The translations under genes and the position numbers were made by a program. Source: an uncultured Verrucomicrobiae bacterium (GTDB lineage: Bacteria; Verrucomicrobiota; Verrucomicrobiia; Limisphaerales; Palsa-1400). Taken from it: DNA of 64,000 bases. Of the stretch, positions 52,462 through 64,000 are shown one piece after another (position 1 is the first letter of the stretch; every line of letters starts with the position of its first letter). The notes below the pieces were generated by a model. That model made no database searches, was not told the DNA's origin, and was given only the letters and a program-made list of their open reading frames with translations. The stretch lies in assembly GCA_963702845.1 (NCBI GenBank), contig OY969763.1, positions 5,963,560 through 6,027,559 of the forward strand, in the 5' to 3' direction.

Positions 52462-53136
52462 TCACGTGGCCACCGCCTTCGGAACTTCAACCGTGACGGC
52501 AACTGGTTTAGGTAAGGCGGGCGTGACGGAGGCAGTTGTTGTAACCATCGGTGCAGCGGCTGGTTTAGCTGCGGCCGCGGCAGCCTTCGCTGCGGCATCA
52601 GCGGCTGCTTTTGCTTCTGCTTTGCGTTTTGCCTCCGAACGTTGCGAATCGATCTCGACGGCTTCCGTCGGATGGATTGCGTGAAAATACGCATTCGACT
52701 TTGCCAGTTGCTCTTTGTTGAGAATGAGAGGAGCGAAGCGATCTTGAGTCGCTAACTCAAACACCTGATCCATCTTGATCGAGTCGAACGGACAAACCTC
52801 TGCACAAATGCCGCAGCCCATGCAAACGGAAATATCGATATCGAACGCCTTGGGCTGAAGCTGTTGTTTGCCAAAATAGTCCGGTTTCTTGACTGTGTCC
52901 TTAACGATCTTGATGCATGTCGCGGGGCATTCCTGCTCGCAAATCGTGCACGCGGTGCAACGAAGTCCGCTCAGGTCATGATCGTAGACGAGGAAGGGAA
53001 TCGTGCGCACGTTCTCGCTCATCGCGAGCTTTTGCTCGGGATATTGAATGGTCGTGAGCCGTTCCGGGCTGCGGTAGCTGCCGAAAAAGTTACGCGCCGT
53101 TTCGATGAAACCGCGAACGATGCCTTCACCTTGCAT
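52462..53136 (-). CDS. nuoI: NADH-quinone oxidoreductase subunit I with Ala/Lys/Pro-rich tail
   Basis: Two CxxCxxCxxxCP motifs; TIQYPE. Confidence 0.9.
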   Translation of the reverse strand: MQGEGIVRGFIETARNFFGSYRSPERLTTIQYPEQKLAMSENVRTIPFLVYDHDLSGLRCTACTICEQECPATCIKIVKDTVKKPDYFGKQQLQPKAFDIDISVCMGCGICAEVCPFDSIKMDQVFELATQDRFAPLILNKEQLAKSNAYFHAIHPTEAVEIDSQRSEAKRKAEAKAAADAAAKAAAAAAKPAAAPMVTTTASVTPALPKPVAVTVEVPKAVAT

Positions 53137-54353
53137 TAGCGATCTACCTCCCCCAGCACGATATCTACGCTGCCGAGAATGATGACCGCGTCCGCGATCG
53201 TTTGTCCGACACACATGTCTTCGAGAATGGTTAAGTTAATGAGACTGGGCGGGCGGATGTGCAAACGGTATGGGCTTGCCGAACCGTCGCTAATGATGTG
53301 AAAACCGAGTTCGCCCTTTGGCGATTCAACGCGCGCATAGACTTCTCCCGGTTTCGGGCGGAGCCCGCGGCTCTTCGCTTTGGGATCAATGATGGGGCCT
53401 GGCGGAATTTGAATCAGCGCCTGTTCCAAAATCGTCAAAGACTCGCGCATCTCGAGCACGCGAATCATGTAACGATCAAATACATCGCCATGCTCGCCGA
53501 GTGGGACGCGGAAATTCAGGCGTGAGTAAATTCCGTATTTGTCCGTTTTGCGAATGTCGTAGTTCACGCCGCTGGCGCGGAGCATCGGCCCGGTCACGCC
53601 GGCGGCGATGGCTAATTCCTTCGAGAGCACGCCAACGCCCTGGCTGCGTGCGAGGAGGATTTCGTTTCCGGTGATGAGCGCTTCGAACTCGTCGATGAAC
53701 TTCGGAAAATTTGCGACGACCGTCTTTGCCTCCTCCAACCAGCCTTCGGGCAAATCGCAACGGACGCCGCCAAAACGCATGTAATTGCACATCATGCGCG
53801 AGCCGGTCAGCGCTTCGAACAGGTCGAGAATTTTTTCGCGTTCGCGGAACGCATACATGAGCGGCGTGCCCAGGGCGCCCATGTCCTGCAGCAGAAATCC
53901 AACGAGACAGGCGTGATTGAACAAGCGCGTCAATTCACTAGCGATGACGCGAATATACTCGGCGCGTTCGGTTGGTTGGAATCCAACCAGTTTTTCGACC
54001 GCCAGCACATACGCCCAATTGTTGGTCATCGAGCAGATGTAATCGAGGCGATCGGTGTAAGGGATGATGCCGAGATAACTGTTCTTCTCGGCCAGCTTCT
54101 CGTGATTGCGATGCAGGTAGCCGAAGACCGGCTTGAGTTGCACGATCTCCTCGCCGTCCACGATCACGTCCATGCGAAAGACGCCGTGGGTCGAGGGATG
54201 ATGCGGTCCCATGGAGATTTCCAGCAGGTCGTGGGCGAGGCCGTTTGTTTGGGATGGCCGAGTGGCACGAGATCCAAAACTCTGCAGCGGTGAATCCAGA
54301 TTTACGCCGTCGGAAAAGGCGCCGTGCGAGATTTCTTTGCGAAGCGCGCTCAT
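53136..54353 (-). CDS. nuoD: NADH-quinone oxidoreductase subunit D
   Basis: [29 protein letters not shown]-terminus; no NiFe CxxC ligands. Confidence 0.95.
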   Translation of the reverse strand: MSALRKEISHGAFSDGVNLDSPLQSFGSRATRPSQTNGLAHDLLEISMGPHHPSTHGVFRMDVIVDGEEIVQLKPVFGYLHRNHEKLAEKNSYLGIIPYTDRLDYICSMTNNWAYVLAVEKLVGFQPTERAEYIRVIASELTRLFNHACLVGFLLQDMGALGTPLMYAFREREKILDLFEALTGSRMMCNYMRFGGVRCDLPEGWLEEAKTVVANFPKFIDEFEALITGNEILLARSQGVGVLSKELAIAAGVTGPMLRASGVNYDIRKTDKYGIYSRLNFRVPLGEHGDVFDRYMIRVLEMRESLTILEQALIQIPPGPIIDPKAKSRGLRPKPGEVYARVESPKGELGFHIISDGSASPYRLHIRPPSLINLTILEDMCVGQTIADAVIILGSVDIVLGEVDR

Positions 54354-54926
54354 GCCGATACCTCCACTTCGTCATTATCGGCAGGTGCGACGTAGTCTTT
54401 GCGCATGGGATGATGTGCAAACTCGTCCCACATCAAAATGCGCCGCAGATCGGGATGGCCTTCGAAGATGATGCCGAAAAGGTCGTAGATTTCGCGTTCT
54501 TGAAATTCGCAACTCCGCCAAACCGGCGTGAGCGATGGCAGTCGATTGTCCTCCGCTCGATCGATCGTGCGCATTCGAAGCGCAAGCGGTCCATGCACGC
54601 GGACCGTTGAATAAAGGTGATAAACAACTTCCAGATATGCCGAAGTTTTAGTGATCTCTTCGACTTCTTTTTCAACGCCGTCGACGAGCTTCTTTAACTT
54701 TCGTTTTTATGTCGCGCGACGGCCAATCGATACCCGAGACGTTTGAGGCTAAATCAAATTTGAACTCCGCCGCATCGCGCAAATATTCGGCGACCTTCAC
54801 AGCCGACTTTGCTTCCAGCAAAAGCGATCCAGCCAATGTTGGATTGGCATTCGGCACAATTTGCACCACTGCGCCTGGAACGTTCTGTTCCACGAGCGCC
54901 TGGATTTGTTCAAGTGTGTAGATCAC
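54350..54926 (-). CDS. nuoC: NADH-quinone oxidoreductase subunit C (frameshifted)
   Basis: SNVSGIDW and [23 protein letters not shown]...HPMRKDY lie in different frames. Confidence 0.85.
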
Positions 54927-55540
54927 GACTTTATTGCGGCTGCCAAGGTCTTGCAGAGTTCAGCGTTCCTGGTCGGCACCAGGCCGTCCTCGCCAAATTG
55001 TGGGATCGGAAACTCGCTCGGCTGGCTCGCATCCAAATGGCGCGGGCGCTTGTCTCCTGTGAGCGAGTCGGCCTCGATTTTCTTTTGCAGTTCCATCAAC
55101 CCATGCAACAGCGCCTCAGGACGCGGCGGACAGCCGGGAATGTGGATGTCGACGGGAATGAATCGATCGATACCGGGTAAAACATTGTATCCGTCCTTGA
55201 ACGGCCCGCCGGAAATTGCGCATGCGCCCATGGCGATGACGTATTTAGGCTCGGGCATTTGGTTGTAGAGGCGCACCACTTGTGGCGCCATTTTTTTGGT
55301 CACCGTTCCCGAGACGATCATGAGGTCGGCCTGTCGAGGCGATGGGCGGAACACTTCTGCACCGAAACGCGAGATGTCCCAGCGGGCCATCGATGCCGCG
55401 ATCATTTCGATCGCGCAACAAGCCAGACCAAATTGCAGCGGCCACAACGAATTCTTGCGACCCCAGTTGTAGAGGTCCTCCAACGTGGTGGTGATAATGC
55501 CGTGTTTGGCCAGGTCGGCGCGCAGTTCGGTTTCGCTCAT
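54923..55540 (-). CDS. nuoB: NADH-quinone oxidoreductase subunit B
   Basis: [26 protein letters not shown]. Confidence 0.95.
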   Translation of the reverse strand: MSETELRADLAKHGIITTTLEDLYNWGRKNSLWPLQFGLACCAIEMIAASMARWDISRFGAEVFRPSPRQADLMIVSGTVTKKMAPQVVRLYNQMPEPKYVIAMGACAISGGPFKDGYNVLPGIDRFIPVDIHIPGCPPRPEALLHGLMELQKKIEADSLTGDKRPRHLDASQPSEFPIPQFGEDGLVPTRNAELCKTLAAAIKS

Positions 55541-55926
55541 TGCGTCCTCCAGCTCAAAACGCCTTTGACGCAAGCCCAGGCGAGTCCCTCAACAAGCAGC
55601 AGCACAAACACCAACATTGCGATGACCGTGCCAATAGAGAGTTGTTTGAAAACGGCCGCGAACGGCAGCAGGAACAAAATTTCCACGTCGAACACGAGAA
55701 AAACGATGGCGTAAAGATAGTATTCGGCTTTGAACTGGACCCAGCCGATCGGCTGCTTGTCCAGGCCGCATTCGTAAGTTGCGTTCTTCAGTGGTCCGGG
55801 TTTTTTCGGGGAGAAAAACTTCGCCCAAAGCTGCGCAATCATCAACGGCGTGAGCGCGAAGATCACCGCTGCGGCGACAAAAATCGCCAGGAACAGCCGC
55901 GGATTGGTTTCAATGTGTGTCGGCAT
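55537..55926 (-). CDS. nuoA: NADH-quinone oxidoreductase subunit A
   Basis: TYECG, FLVFDVE, KGVLSW. Confidence 0.93.
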   Translation of the reverse strand: MPTHIETNPRLFLAIFVAAAVIFALTPLMIAQLWAKFFSPKKPGPLKNATYECGLDKQPIGWVQFKAEYYLYAIVFLVFDVEILFLLPFAAVFKQLSIGTVIAMLVFVLLLVEGLAWACVKGVLSWRTQ

Positions 55927-56028
55927 TCGGATGCAGCACTGACTGCATGTTCAGCATGCGAGAAGGCGGGCAACGGGACTCTGCATTTCTTGGCAAAAGT
56001 TTTGCCAAATTTGGTTAGGTGGGTACCC

Positions 56029-56643
56029 CTATGCGGCTAAAGAAACGAAATTCTTCAGCAATTGAAGGCCTACATTCTGGCTTTTTTCAGGATGAAACTG
56101 GGTGGCAAAGACGTTGTCGCGCCAGACGGAAGATGCAAACGTTTCGCCGTAATCGGTCCTGGTCGCGACAATGGATTCGTCCTGCGGCTTGGGGAAGAAG
56201 CTGTGCACGAAATAGACGTAGCTGCCCGAAGGGATGTCCTTGTAAATAGGACAGTTCGGCTGAGTAATGTCGATCTGGTTCCAGCCGATTTGTGGCACTT
56301 TGAGGCCGGGTTGAGAGAAGCGGACGACCTTGCCAGCGAACAGACCGGCGCCGGCGGCGCAGCTATTGAACTCCTCGCTTTTTTCAAACAAGGCCTGGTA
56401 ACCGACGCAAATGCCGAGGAACGGCTTGCCCGTCTTGATGAAATCCTTGGCGGCGCCGAGTAGCTCCTGTCTTTGCAACGCGTTGATGCAATCGTCGAAC
56501 GCGCCGACACCCGGAAGGACCAACGCCCGTGCGCCATTGATTTCCTGTGGCTTGCGAACAATGCGGACGTCAGCGCCCACCTTGATCAGCGCTTTTTGGA
56601 CGCTACGCAAGTTGCCGGAATCGTAATCAATCAACGCAATCAC
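56029..56643 (-). CDS. hisH: Imidazole glycerol phosphate synthase, glutaminase subunit
   Basis: GNLRSV, LPGVGAF, GICVG, YFVHS, QFHPEKS. Confidence 0.95.
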   Translation of the reverse strand: MIALIDYDSGNLRSVQKALIKVGADVRIVRKPQEINGARALVLPGVGAFDDCINALQRQELLGAAKDFIKTGKPFLGICVGYQALFEKSEEFNSCAAGAGLFAGKVVRFSQPGLKVPQIGWNQIDITQPNCPIYKDIPSGSYVYFVHSFFPKPQDESIVATRTDYGETFASSVWRDNVFATQFHPEKSQNVGLQLLKNFVSLAA

Positions 56644-56682
56644 GTCGTAAAAGTAACAGGCCGCAAAATGCGGTCAAATGAA

Positions 56683-59600
56683 CTATTTGGCGGTCGCATT
56701 GGGCAACGGCACTTGCCCGGGGCGGCTCAGATAATAAAGGATGTCCCGCACTTCCTGGTCTTTAAATTGGTCGAGCAATCCTTCCGGCATCATCGACAGC
56801 TTGCTCTGGCGCAACTCGCGGATGTCCTTGCGCGGAACGACGAGCGTTTCGTTTGCGGTCACGATTGTGATCGAGTCGGTACTTTGTTGTTTCACAATGC
56901 CCGTGACATTTCGGTCGTCAGTCGTTTCGAGGTCCCAGGCGCGATACTCGTTCGGAATGACGGCGTTTGGATCGACGATGTTTTCCAGGATGTAACTGAG
57001 GTCGCCACGATTTGAACCGGTCAGGTCGGGGCCGACTTTGCCGCCTTCTGCGAACAAGGTGTGGCATTGCTGGCAGGTGCGATTGAACAGTGCGCGACCT
57101 CGCGAGGCGTCACCGGGTTGCGAGCCGCCAGCGTGATAAACGCGCATATAATGATCAATAATCATTTTCTTGTCCGCGCTGGATTCGCGGACGGTGCCCC
57201 AAACTTTGTCGAGTTCGGCAATCAACTCAGGGTTTTTCAAATTGCGAAGTGAACGAATAAGTTCCGCGGTCAGATCGGTTTTTGGCAACGTCCCAGAACT
57301 GACTGCGTTCACTAATTCTTTAGCCCAGGCCGGACGACCGACCAAGGTGGTCAGAGCGTCGCGCTTCTCTTCGGGCGAGAACTGTTTGTAGGCCGCCAAA
57401 ATTTTGTGCGGTGTGGAAGCATCATCGTAAGCGGCTAATCCTTTCAGCGCTTGCGGGCGAATAGCCGCCTTATCTAAGAGCGGCTGCAAAATGCCAGGCA
57501 AGGCCGAGTCTTTCACGGACAACAATGCCGCCAAGGCGTTCCGACGCGCTTCGAGATCGGCAGAGTCATCGGCCAAGGTCGCGCGTAATGCTGTCAATGC
57601 CTTGGCGCTGCCAAACTTTAGCGACATTGTTTGTGTTAACAACCGCAACTCGGTGTTCGAGGCTTTCTCGTATCGGCTCTCAACCTCGGCCCAACGCGTT
57701 GGCATCTGCCCTTTGCCTTGAGGTAATCCATCGTGAAACCCGCGCAACACCGCAAGCTGCCGTTTTTCATCGGAACTTTTCAGTTTCAGCAAAGCATCAA
57801 CAATGAGGTCGTTCGCCGCGGGCTTTTTCGTGGCGGCGATACGACGCGCGGTAAATTCGAGGATCGGCTGCATCAGCTTCGCGTGCACCGCCATGTCGAG
57901 GGCGCGTTTCGAATCGAGGGCGGCGAGGGGCTCTGTGCCATACCAAACCATCAAAGGTAAATTGTGGTCGTCAGCATCTTCTCCATGCGTGAACAAACCT
58001 TCCACGATCGACCAGCGATCTTGCAGATCGAGGCGTCGCACTGCGGAAGCCAAATACAGACGGACGCCCGGCGACTTGTCGTGCTTTGCCATTTCTGCCA
58101 TTTGCTGGAGAACTTGATGCGAAGGTTTCTTGTCCTCGGATACGAATTGAATCGCCCACGCGCGCAGAAAGGGATCACCTTTACGACGCATTATTTTCAG
58201 CGCTTGCGCGTCTTCGAGGTAGCCCGTGTCGTGCAATGTCCATAATGTGCGGAGTTCAATCGTTTCGGTTTTCACCGGCTCACCAAAGCTCGGCAATAGA
58301 CCGCGTGCTGTGGTGTTGTCCGGGTTCAACAATTGAACCATTCGTTCGCGCGCGTTCGCGTCGAGAATTCGCGAGTGCGCACGTTCCTGCAAAATGCGTC
58401 GCGCATGCCGCGCGTACCAATCGTTCGGGTGGCCTTGCAACTGGACCAGTTCGTCGTCTGTCTTCTTTTGCAGATCAACCGCCTGGAACTTCGGATCGCC
58501 ATAGCTGACGCGGAAGACGCGACCATTGGTCTTGTCGTGGCCTTTTGGATCGTTGTGATGGCATTGGTTTTTGTCATACCAATCGATCATGTAAACCGCG
58601 CCTTCTGGACCTGTTTCCAGGTTGATGATTTGCGACCAGGTATCGTTGAAGTTGATGAAATTCGGCGCGTGGTGGCCGACCAAACCCGAACCTTTCGGCT
58701 CCAGCACATCCATATTGATGCACGCACCGTGAATGTTGTTCATGTAAACTTTCCCGCGCCATTCCGGCGGAAAGTTGTCGCCTTGATAGATCAGCAATCC
58801 CGCATGGGCGTGGCCGCCACCAGCGGCGGAGGAACGGCCGTTGCCGGCGTGTGGTCCGCGATCGCCAGCCCAGTGCACGTGATCGGCAATCGTTTTGATG
58901 TCATCGAAAACAAATGGATTGAAGTGCGAGCCGGCCTGACGGGTGAAGTGTCCGCCTTCAATCATGTGGAACAAATGCGGGATAACGCAGGCTTCCGTAA
59001 TGCATTGGCCATTTGCGTCGAAATCGATTCCCCACGGATTACTCGTGCCTTCGGCGAAGCGTTCAAAAATGTGTTTGGTAGGGTGATAACGCCAGACTGC
59101 GCAATTAAGCGGGAGACGTTCGTTGTCTTTTGCTCCGGGTTTGCCCACGCGTGATGGTTCGAATACGCCGTGACAGCCATAGAGCCATCCGTCGGGACCC
59201 CACGTGAATGTGTTTAAGACTTCGTGGGTGTCATCGTATGCCCAGCCGTCGAGGAGGATTTCGGGCTTGCCTGCTGGCTTCGGGTCATCCCAATTCGTCA
59301 CTGGAATGAACATGAAATATGGGGCCGCGCCGACCCAGACGCCGCCGAAGCCGATCTCAATCCCGCTGACGAGATTCATTTTGTCCATGAAGACCGTGCG
59401 CTTGTCGAATTTCCCGTCGCCATCGGTGTCTTCGAAGATCAAGATTTTGTCCTGACCTTCACCTTCTTTGGCGCGAATCGGATAGGTGTTGCCTTCAACG
59501 ACCCACAAGCGACCGCGGTCATCGATGGCGAATGCCACGGGTTGCACGATGTCTGGCTCGCCGGCGAACAAAGTCGCCTTGAAGCCGGGTGGCAAACTCA

Positions 59601-60252
59601 TTTTTTCCACGGCCTCCTGTGGCGGCAATCCGGCGAACTGAACGGCGTCGGCTGCGGGAACATTCGCTCCACGCGTGGGAGCGAGTTCGTTGGCGAAATT
59701 CGGACGCTCATCGTAGAACTCGAAGTCATCGAAATTGATGTGGCCCCAGCCGCCGCTGGCGTGATCGATGACGCGAATAAAAATATTTTTGCCCAGCTCG
59801 TTTTTGAGGTCGACCACGACGGGGCGGAGTTGTTCGTGATCATAGCCGCTGGTCTTGAAAAATGTTTTGCCGGTCGATTCATCGACGAGTTCAACGCATG
59901 TTTCGGGGATGGAGCCGCCGGCGACGAGAAAGCTGGCGTAAGGGTGCGATGCTTTGAACGCGACTGAAGTCAGGTCGCCGAGAGGTGCGTCGCCGCCGTT
60001 TTCATAGGTGCCGATCCAAAAACTTCCCTGATGGCCGCTGTGCATGTCGCCACGTCGGGCCTGGACGGTGTCCCCGTGAACGGGTTGGTTGTGAAAAGCG
60101 TCGCCTTCGGAAACCCAATCTTTGAGCGTGCCTGTTTCAAAATCCAGATTCAGCGGTTTGCCGTCGGTGCCCACGGGTTTGATGGCGGCCGAGTGCGCGA
60201 ACGTTGAAATGCAAACCGCGGAGGCGAAGAGCAGAAGACGTTTCATCGACAT
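56683..60252 (-). CDS. PVC-type heme-binding CxxCH protein (putative membrane-bound dehydrogenase: propeller, HEAT repeats, cytochrome c)
   Basis: LPPGFKATLFAGEP, WGPDGWLY, NPWG, HEAT-like region, CQQCH, GPDLT, SMMPEGL. Confidence 0.88.
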   Translation of the reverse strand: MSMKRLLLFASAVCISTFAHSAAIKPVGTDGKPLNLDFETGTLKDWVSEGDAFHNQPVHGDTVQARRGDMHSGHQGSFWIGTYENGGDAPLGDLTSVAFKASHPYASFLVAGGSIPETCVELVDESTGKTFFKTSGYDHEQLRPVVVDLKNELGKNIFIRVIDHASGGWGHINFDDFEFYDERPNFANELAPTRGANVPAADAVQFAGLPPQEAVEKMSLPPGFKATLFAGEPDIVQPVAFAIDDRGRLWVVEGNTYPIRAKEGEGQDKILIFEDTDGDGKFDKRTVFMDKMNLVSGIEIGFGGVWVGAAPYFMFIPVTNWDDPKPAGKPEILLDGWAYDDTHEVLNTFTWGPDGWLYGCHGVFEPSRVGKPGAKDNERLPLNCAVWRYHPTKHIFERFAEGTSNPWGIDFDANGQCITEACVIPHLFHMIEGGHFTRQAGSHFNPFVFDDIKTIADHVHWAGDRGPHAGNGRSSAAGGGHAHAGLLIYQGDNFPPEWRGKVYMNNIHGACINMDVLEPKGSGLVGHHAPNFINFNDTWSQIINLETGPEGAVYMIDWYDKNQCHHNDPKGHDKTNGRVFRVSYGDPKFQAVDLQKKTDDELVQLQGHPNDWYARHARRILQERAHSRILDANARERMVQLLNPDNTTARGLLPSFGEPVKTETIELRTLWTLHDTGYLEDAQALKIMRRKGDPFLRAWAIQFVSEDKKPSHQVLQQMAEMAKHDKSPGVRLYLASAVRRLDLQDRWSIVEGLFTHGEDADDHNLPLMVWYGTEPLAALDSKRALDMAVHAKLMQPILEFTARRIAATKKPAANDLIVDALLKLKSSDEKRQLAVLRGFHDGLPQGKGQMPTRWAEVESRYEKASNTELRLLTQTMSLKFGSAKALTALRATLADDSADLEARRNALAALLSVKDSALPGILQPLLDKAAIRPQALKGLAAYDDASTPHKILAAYKQFSPEEKRDALTTLVGRPAWAKELVNAVSSGTLPKTDLTAELIRSLRNLKNPELIAELDKVWGTVRESSADKKMIIDHYMRVYHAGGSQPGDASRGRALFNRTCQQCHTLFAEGGKVGPDLTGSNRGDLSYILENIVDPNAVIPNEYRAWDLETTDDRNVTGIVKQQSTDSITIVTANETLVVPRKDIRELRQSKLSMMPEGLLDQFKDQEVRDILYYLSRPGQVPLPNATAK

Positions 60253-60381
60253 AGGACGGCCATTAAGCCGAATCTGTTCACAAACCTCAAGGGCAGGCTG
60301 TGTCGGGCTTGTCCTGCATCAAAAAAACAACAGCACACTTAATTGGCAAACATACGGAACTGCGTACGGTGACATTAAGGA

Positions 60382-62187
60382 GTGTCGCTTGAACATACAG
60401 AACGCGAAGATACTGGCGGCCGCCGCGACCGTATGCGGCGAGCGCTCCATTTTGCCTTCCCATACCGGAAATCCGTTTTTCTCATTTTCCTGATCACGTT
60501 CATTGTTGCCTCTGTCGGCGCCGCTGAGCCCCTGATCCTCAAATACATTTTTGACGGGCTCGGTGGTGGTCACGGAGTCCGGACCCTGATGATCGGGGTC
60601 GCGTGGTTGCTTGGGATAGGACTGCTGCGCGAGTCCGGAACAGGCGTCTCCAACTGGCTGACGTGGCACACGCGGCTCGGTCTCCATCACGCCTTGCTGG
60701 AGGCGACGGTTGGACGCCTGCACCGAATGCCGTTGAGTTTTCATAGCCGGGAAGGTGTGGGAGCGATCATGACGAAACTCGATCGCAGCATCCAAGGGTT
60801 CATCGGCGCAATCACTCAGATCCTTTTCACCGTGGTTCCCGCGATAATCTATTTAGGCTTTTCGATTTTTATCATGTTGAAGCTCGATTGGCGGCTCGGT
60901 TTGATGGTCCTCGCGTTCGCTCCCGTGCCGGCGATCATTGCCGCGTTTGCCGCTCCGGAACAAATCGAACGTGAGCGCGACATTCTTGATTCCTGGAGCA
61001 AAATCTATTCGCGCTTCAACGAAGTCCTCTCCGGCATTGTAACCGTGCGTAGTTTTTCGATGGAAGAAATCGAGAAACAACGGTTCCTAAAGAGGATTGG
61101 TGAAGCCAATCACATTGTCGTTAAAGGCGTGATCACTGACACTGCGTTCACTGCTGCAACCAATGTTGTGATCGCGCTCGCCCGCATTGCGGCGATCGCC
61201 CTTGGTGGGTGGTATGTGATCCACGGCCAGGTTACCATTGGAACGCTCATTGCGTTTCTCGGATACATCGGCGGCCTGTTCGGCCCGGTGCAAGGTTTGA
61301 GCGGCGTGTATCAAACCGTTAGAAAAAGCCTCGGTTTCGATCGACGAAATTTTCCGCATCCTGGACGTTCAGGAGCATCTCGGCGATAGCATTCATGCTG
61401 TCGAACTCAAGAGCATTCGAGGCGACATATCGTTTGAAAACGTGAAGTTTAGCTATGAACAGACAAGCCGCCCGATTCTCAATGGTGTCACCCTCAACGT
61501 CAGGCAGGGTGAAACCGTCGCGCTGGTAGGGCCGAGTGGTGCCGGCAAAACAACTTTGCTCGCGCTTCTCATGCGCTTCTACGATCCGCAGGAAGGCCGT
61601 GTTATTCTGGATGGCCATGACATTCGTGATTTGAAACAAAAGTCACTGCGACGAAGCATCGGGGTGGTCTTGCAGGATCCTCTCTTATTCAACGATACCG
61701 TGCGCAACAACATTGCTTACGCAAAGCCGCAGGCGACGATCGCCCAAATCGAACACGCCGCCCACCTCGCCAACGCGCATTTGTTCGTTTCGCAGTCGCC
61801 TGATGGCTACGACACGATGGTAGGGGAACGCGGCAGCCGGCTTTCTGTTGGCGAACGCCAACGCATCACTATCGCGAGGGCACTGATCAGGACCCATCCA
61901 TCCTGCTGCTGGATGAAGCGACGTCGGCTCTCGACGAGGAATCCGAAGAGCTGGTGCAAGATGCGTTGGAACGGCTGATGAAAAATCGAACGACACTCGT
62001 CATCGCGCACCGGCTTTCGACGGTGATGCTCGCCAGTAAAATCGTGGTGTTGAAAGATGGCCAAATCAACGAAGTGGGCACGCACGACCAATTAATGCGA
62101 AGCCAGGGATATTACTCTTCGCTCGTGCACCGGCAGATCGCTGGTCTCATTCGTAACACTGGCGAAGAAGAATTGAGTGCCGCGTAA
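60382..62187 (+). CDS. ABC exporter, fused permease/ATPase (two frameshifts)
   Basis: TM domain; [31 protein letters not shown] across breaks at ~61325 and ~61890. Confidence 0.85.
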
Positions 62188-62257
62188 GTCAGTTTGGTTG
62201 GGATTAGGGTGAAGTTTTCCCTTTTTCCGCTGCCCGCAATGGCCCAATCTCACCCGA

Positions 62258-63481
62258 ATGGGCGCAGCCGTTACAGTCCTGGCGATCTTCGCCGGCGCGA
62301 GTTTTTTTTTCGCGCTGGCCGAAACGGCTTTATTCGCCTTGGGCAAATGGCAGGTGCGCCAACTTGAACACACCACGCGCACCGGCAAAAGCGTTTCGAA
62401 CCTTCTCGCCCGTTCGCAGGACCTTCTGGCAACACTCGTTCTCGGGAACTCGTTCGCAAACGCGGGCATTGTGGCGGTCATGTTCTGGGTCGCGATCACT
62501 CACCATTGGCCAGTGGCCTGGACGCTCGTTGGAGTGCTCTTTTGGATTCTGCTGGGCTGCGAAGTGGTGCCGAAAACCCTGGCAGTGCGATCTTCTGAGA
62601 CATGGGCGCGCCGAGTCGCACCGCCGATGCTCGTGTTGCAAACGTTAAGCAAACCGTTCCGGCACAGCGCTCAGTTACTTACAAACTTCATTTTGAAAGC
62701 GGCCGTTCCGACTTCGGTTCAACGACCGGCTCAACTCTCCGACGCAGAATACCAGGAACTCCTGGAAATGGCATTTCAACAAGGCGCACTGGCTGCGAGT
62801 GAAAAAGAAATCATTCTGCAGATCGTCGGACTGGATCGTCGTCAAGCTAAGGACGTCATGAAACCGCGCTCACAAATGACGTCCATTCCCGATGATTTAT
62901 CGGTGCCCGAAATGATCGCTGCAGCGAAAAAGTTCAAGCACCGGCGCTTGCCGATGTACGACGAAACGCCAGATACGATCGTTGGTGTTCTGAATACCCG
63001 CGCTTTAATGCTCGATCCGGAAATTGACCTGTCGATTGCGATTGAATTTCCATCGTTCGTTCCCGAGACGATGAACCTGCTGCAGTTGCTCAAAGCCTTG
63101 CAGCGACAGCAGCGGGGATTGGCGATCGTGCTTGATGAGTTCGGCGGCACCGCTGGTATCGTGTCCATTGAAGATATTTTGGAGGAGGTTATCGGCAAGA
63201 TTCGGCGCGATCCACAGGCCGATAGCGCAGTTATTCAAAAGCTCGGCGATGGCAAATGGCGCGTTAGCGGTACGGTCCGGATTGATGATTTCCGGCGTGA
63301 GTATCCGGCGTTAGGTGCGGCGGACGAATGCGAAACCTTGGGTGGGCTAGTGTTGAGCGAGCTTGGGGTTGTGCCTGCGGTCGGGGAGGTGCTTACGTTC
63401 CGCGGCTTGCGGATGACCGTGCAGGCTGGTGACGAGCGGCGAATCCGTGAACTATTGGTGGAGGTCGTTCGCAAGAAATGA
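62258..63481 (+). CDS. CNNM/hemolysin family protein (DUF21 + CBS + CorC)
   Basis: SFFFALAETALFAL, CEVVPK, DEFGGTAGIVSIEDILEE. Confidence 0.9.
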   Translation: MGAAVTVLAIFAGASFFFALAETALFALGKWQVRQLEHTTRTGKSVSNLLARSQDLLATLVLGNSFANAGIVAVMFWVAITHHWPVAWTLVGVLFWILLGCEVVPKTLAVRSSETWARRVAPPMLVLQTLSKPFRHSAQLLTNFILKAAVPTSVQRPAQLSDAEYQELLEMAFQQGALAASEKEIILQIVGLDRRQAKDVMKPRSQMTSIPDDLSVPEMIAAAKKFKHRRLPMYDETPDTIVGVLNTRALMLDPEIDLSIAIEFPSFVPETMNLLQLLKALQRQQRGLAIVLDEFGGTAGIVSIEDILEEVIGKIRRDPQADSAVIQKLGDGKWRVSGTVRIDDFRREYPALGAADECETLGGLVLSELGVVPAVGEVLTFRGLRMTVQAGDERRIRELLVEVVRKK

Positions 63482-64000
63482 ACAACGCCGACATCATTTC
63501 GCTGTTCGTCTTGTTCTTTTGCGCAGCGCTGTCGTTCCTTTTTTCAGGAATGGAATCGGGCGTGCTCGCGCTGAACCGATTTCGCATTCGCCATCTCATG
63601 CGGTCCGGGGATCGTCGTGCGGCGGTCCTCAGCCACTACCTGGATAATCCGGAGGATTTTCTTTGGACGATCCTCGTCGGGAACACAGTCGCGAACGTCG
63701 CCATTTTCAGCATCGGTGTACTCGAGTTGTTTTATTGGCTCGGCGGTCATCGTGTGTGGTGGACGGCTGCGTTCACTGCATTTGTCTTTGTCTTTTATAT
63801 CGTGTGCGAATTGTTGCCCAAGACATTGTTTCAGCGGTATCCGAATCGGCTCACTTTGTTATTGGCACCTCCGTTCCGGTTGTTCCATCTCGCGCTCGCA
63901 CCGCTGGTTGCGATTGCGGCCTTGTTTTCCAGCGGGCTCCTTCGTCTCACTGGGGGACGAGCCTTTACCGGCCGACTTTTCGGCAATCGCGAAGAACTCC
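63478..64000 (+). CDS. Second CNNM/DUF21 family protein (3'-partial)
   Basis: ATG overlaps the previous stop; SFLFSGMESG, TILVGNT, CELLPK; runs off the window end. Confidence 0.8.
   Translation, partial: MNNADIISLFVLFFCAALSFLFSGMESGVLALNRFRIRHLMRSGDRRAAVLSHYLDNPEDFLWTILVGNTVANVAIFSIGVLELFYWLGGHRVWWTAAFTAFVFVFYIVCELLPKTLFQRYPNRLTLLLAPPFRLFHLALAPLVAIAALFSSGLLRLTGGRAFTGRLFGNREEL

Noticed and set aside
53136..54353. Group 4 NiFe-hydrogenase large subunit
   Set aside because: Lacks the CxxC nickel ligands and has standard NuoD motifs

Overview
Bacterial chromosomal window whose gene content (PVC-type heme-binding CxxCH protein, prepilin-type [10 protein letters not shown] gene, GTAG-type REP palindromes) suggests Verrucomicrobiota (inference). 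Most of it is housekeeping: argD-argF-mqnE-mqnA, DsbD, a porin, a CusCBA-like RND efflux operon, an aspartate aminotransferase, a SMUG1-type glycosylase, hisH, ABC transporters and CNNM proteins. A complex I-like operon (nuoA-B-C-D-I | H-J-K-L-M, with no E/F/G/N) is split by a ~13.7 kb accessory island at ~38775-52460. The island holds an orphan small+large terminase pair with no portal, capsid or integrase, a collagen/S74 protein, and a frameshifted Detocs-type anti-phage two-component system (helical-repeat kinase, REC, REC-PNP). It also holds RAYT and IS110 remnants and two ~280-bp direct repeats, each a promoter-like leader placed in front of an unrelated gene. A c-di-AMP (ydaO) riboswitch precedes an SPFH gene. 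Several conserved genes carry single-base homopolymer frameshifts, so some breaks are probably sequencing errors. No tRNA, rRNA or CRISPR array was seen.
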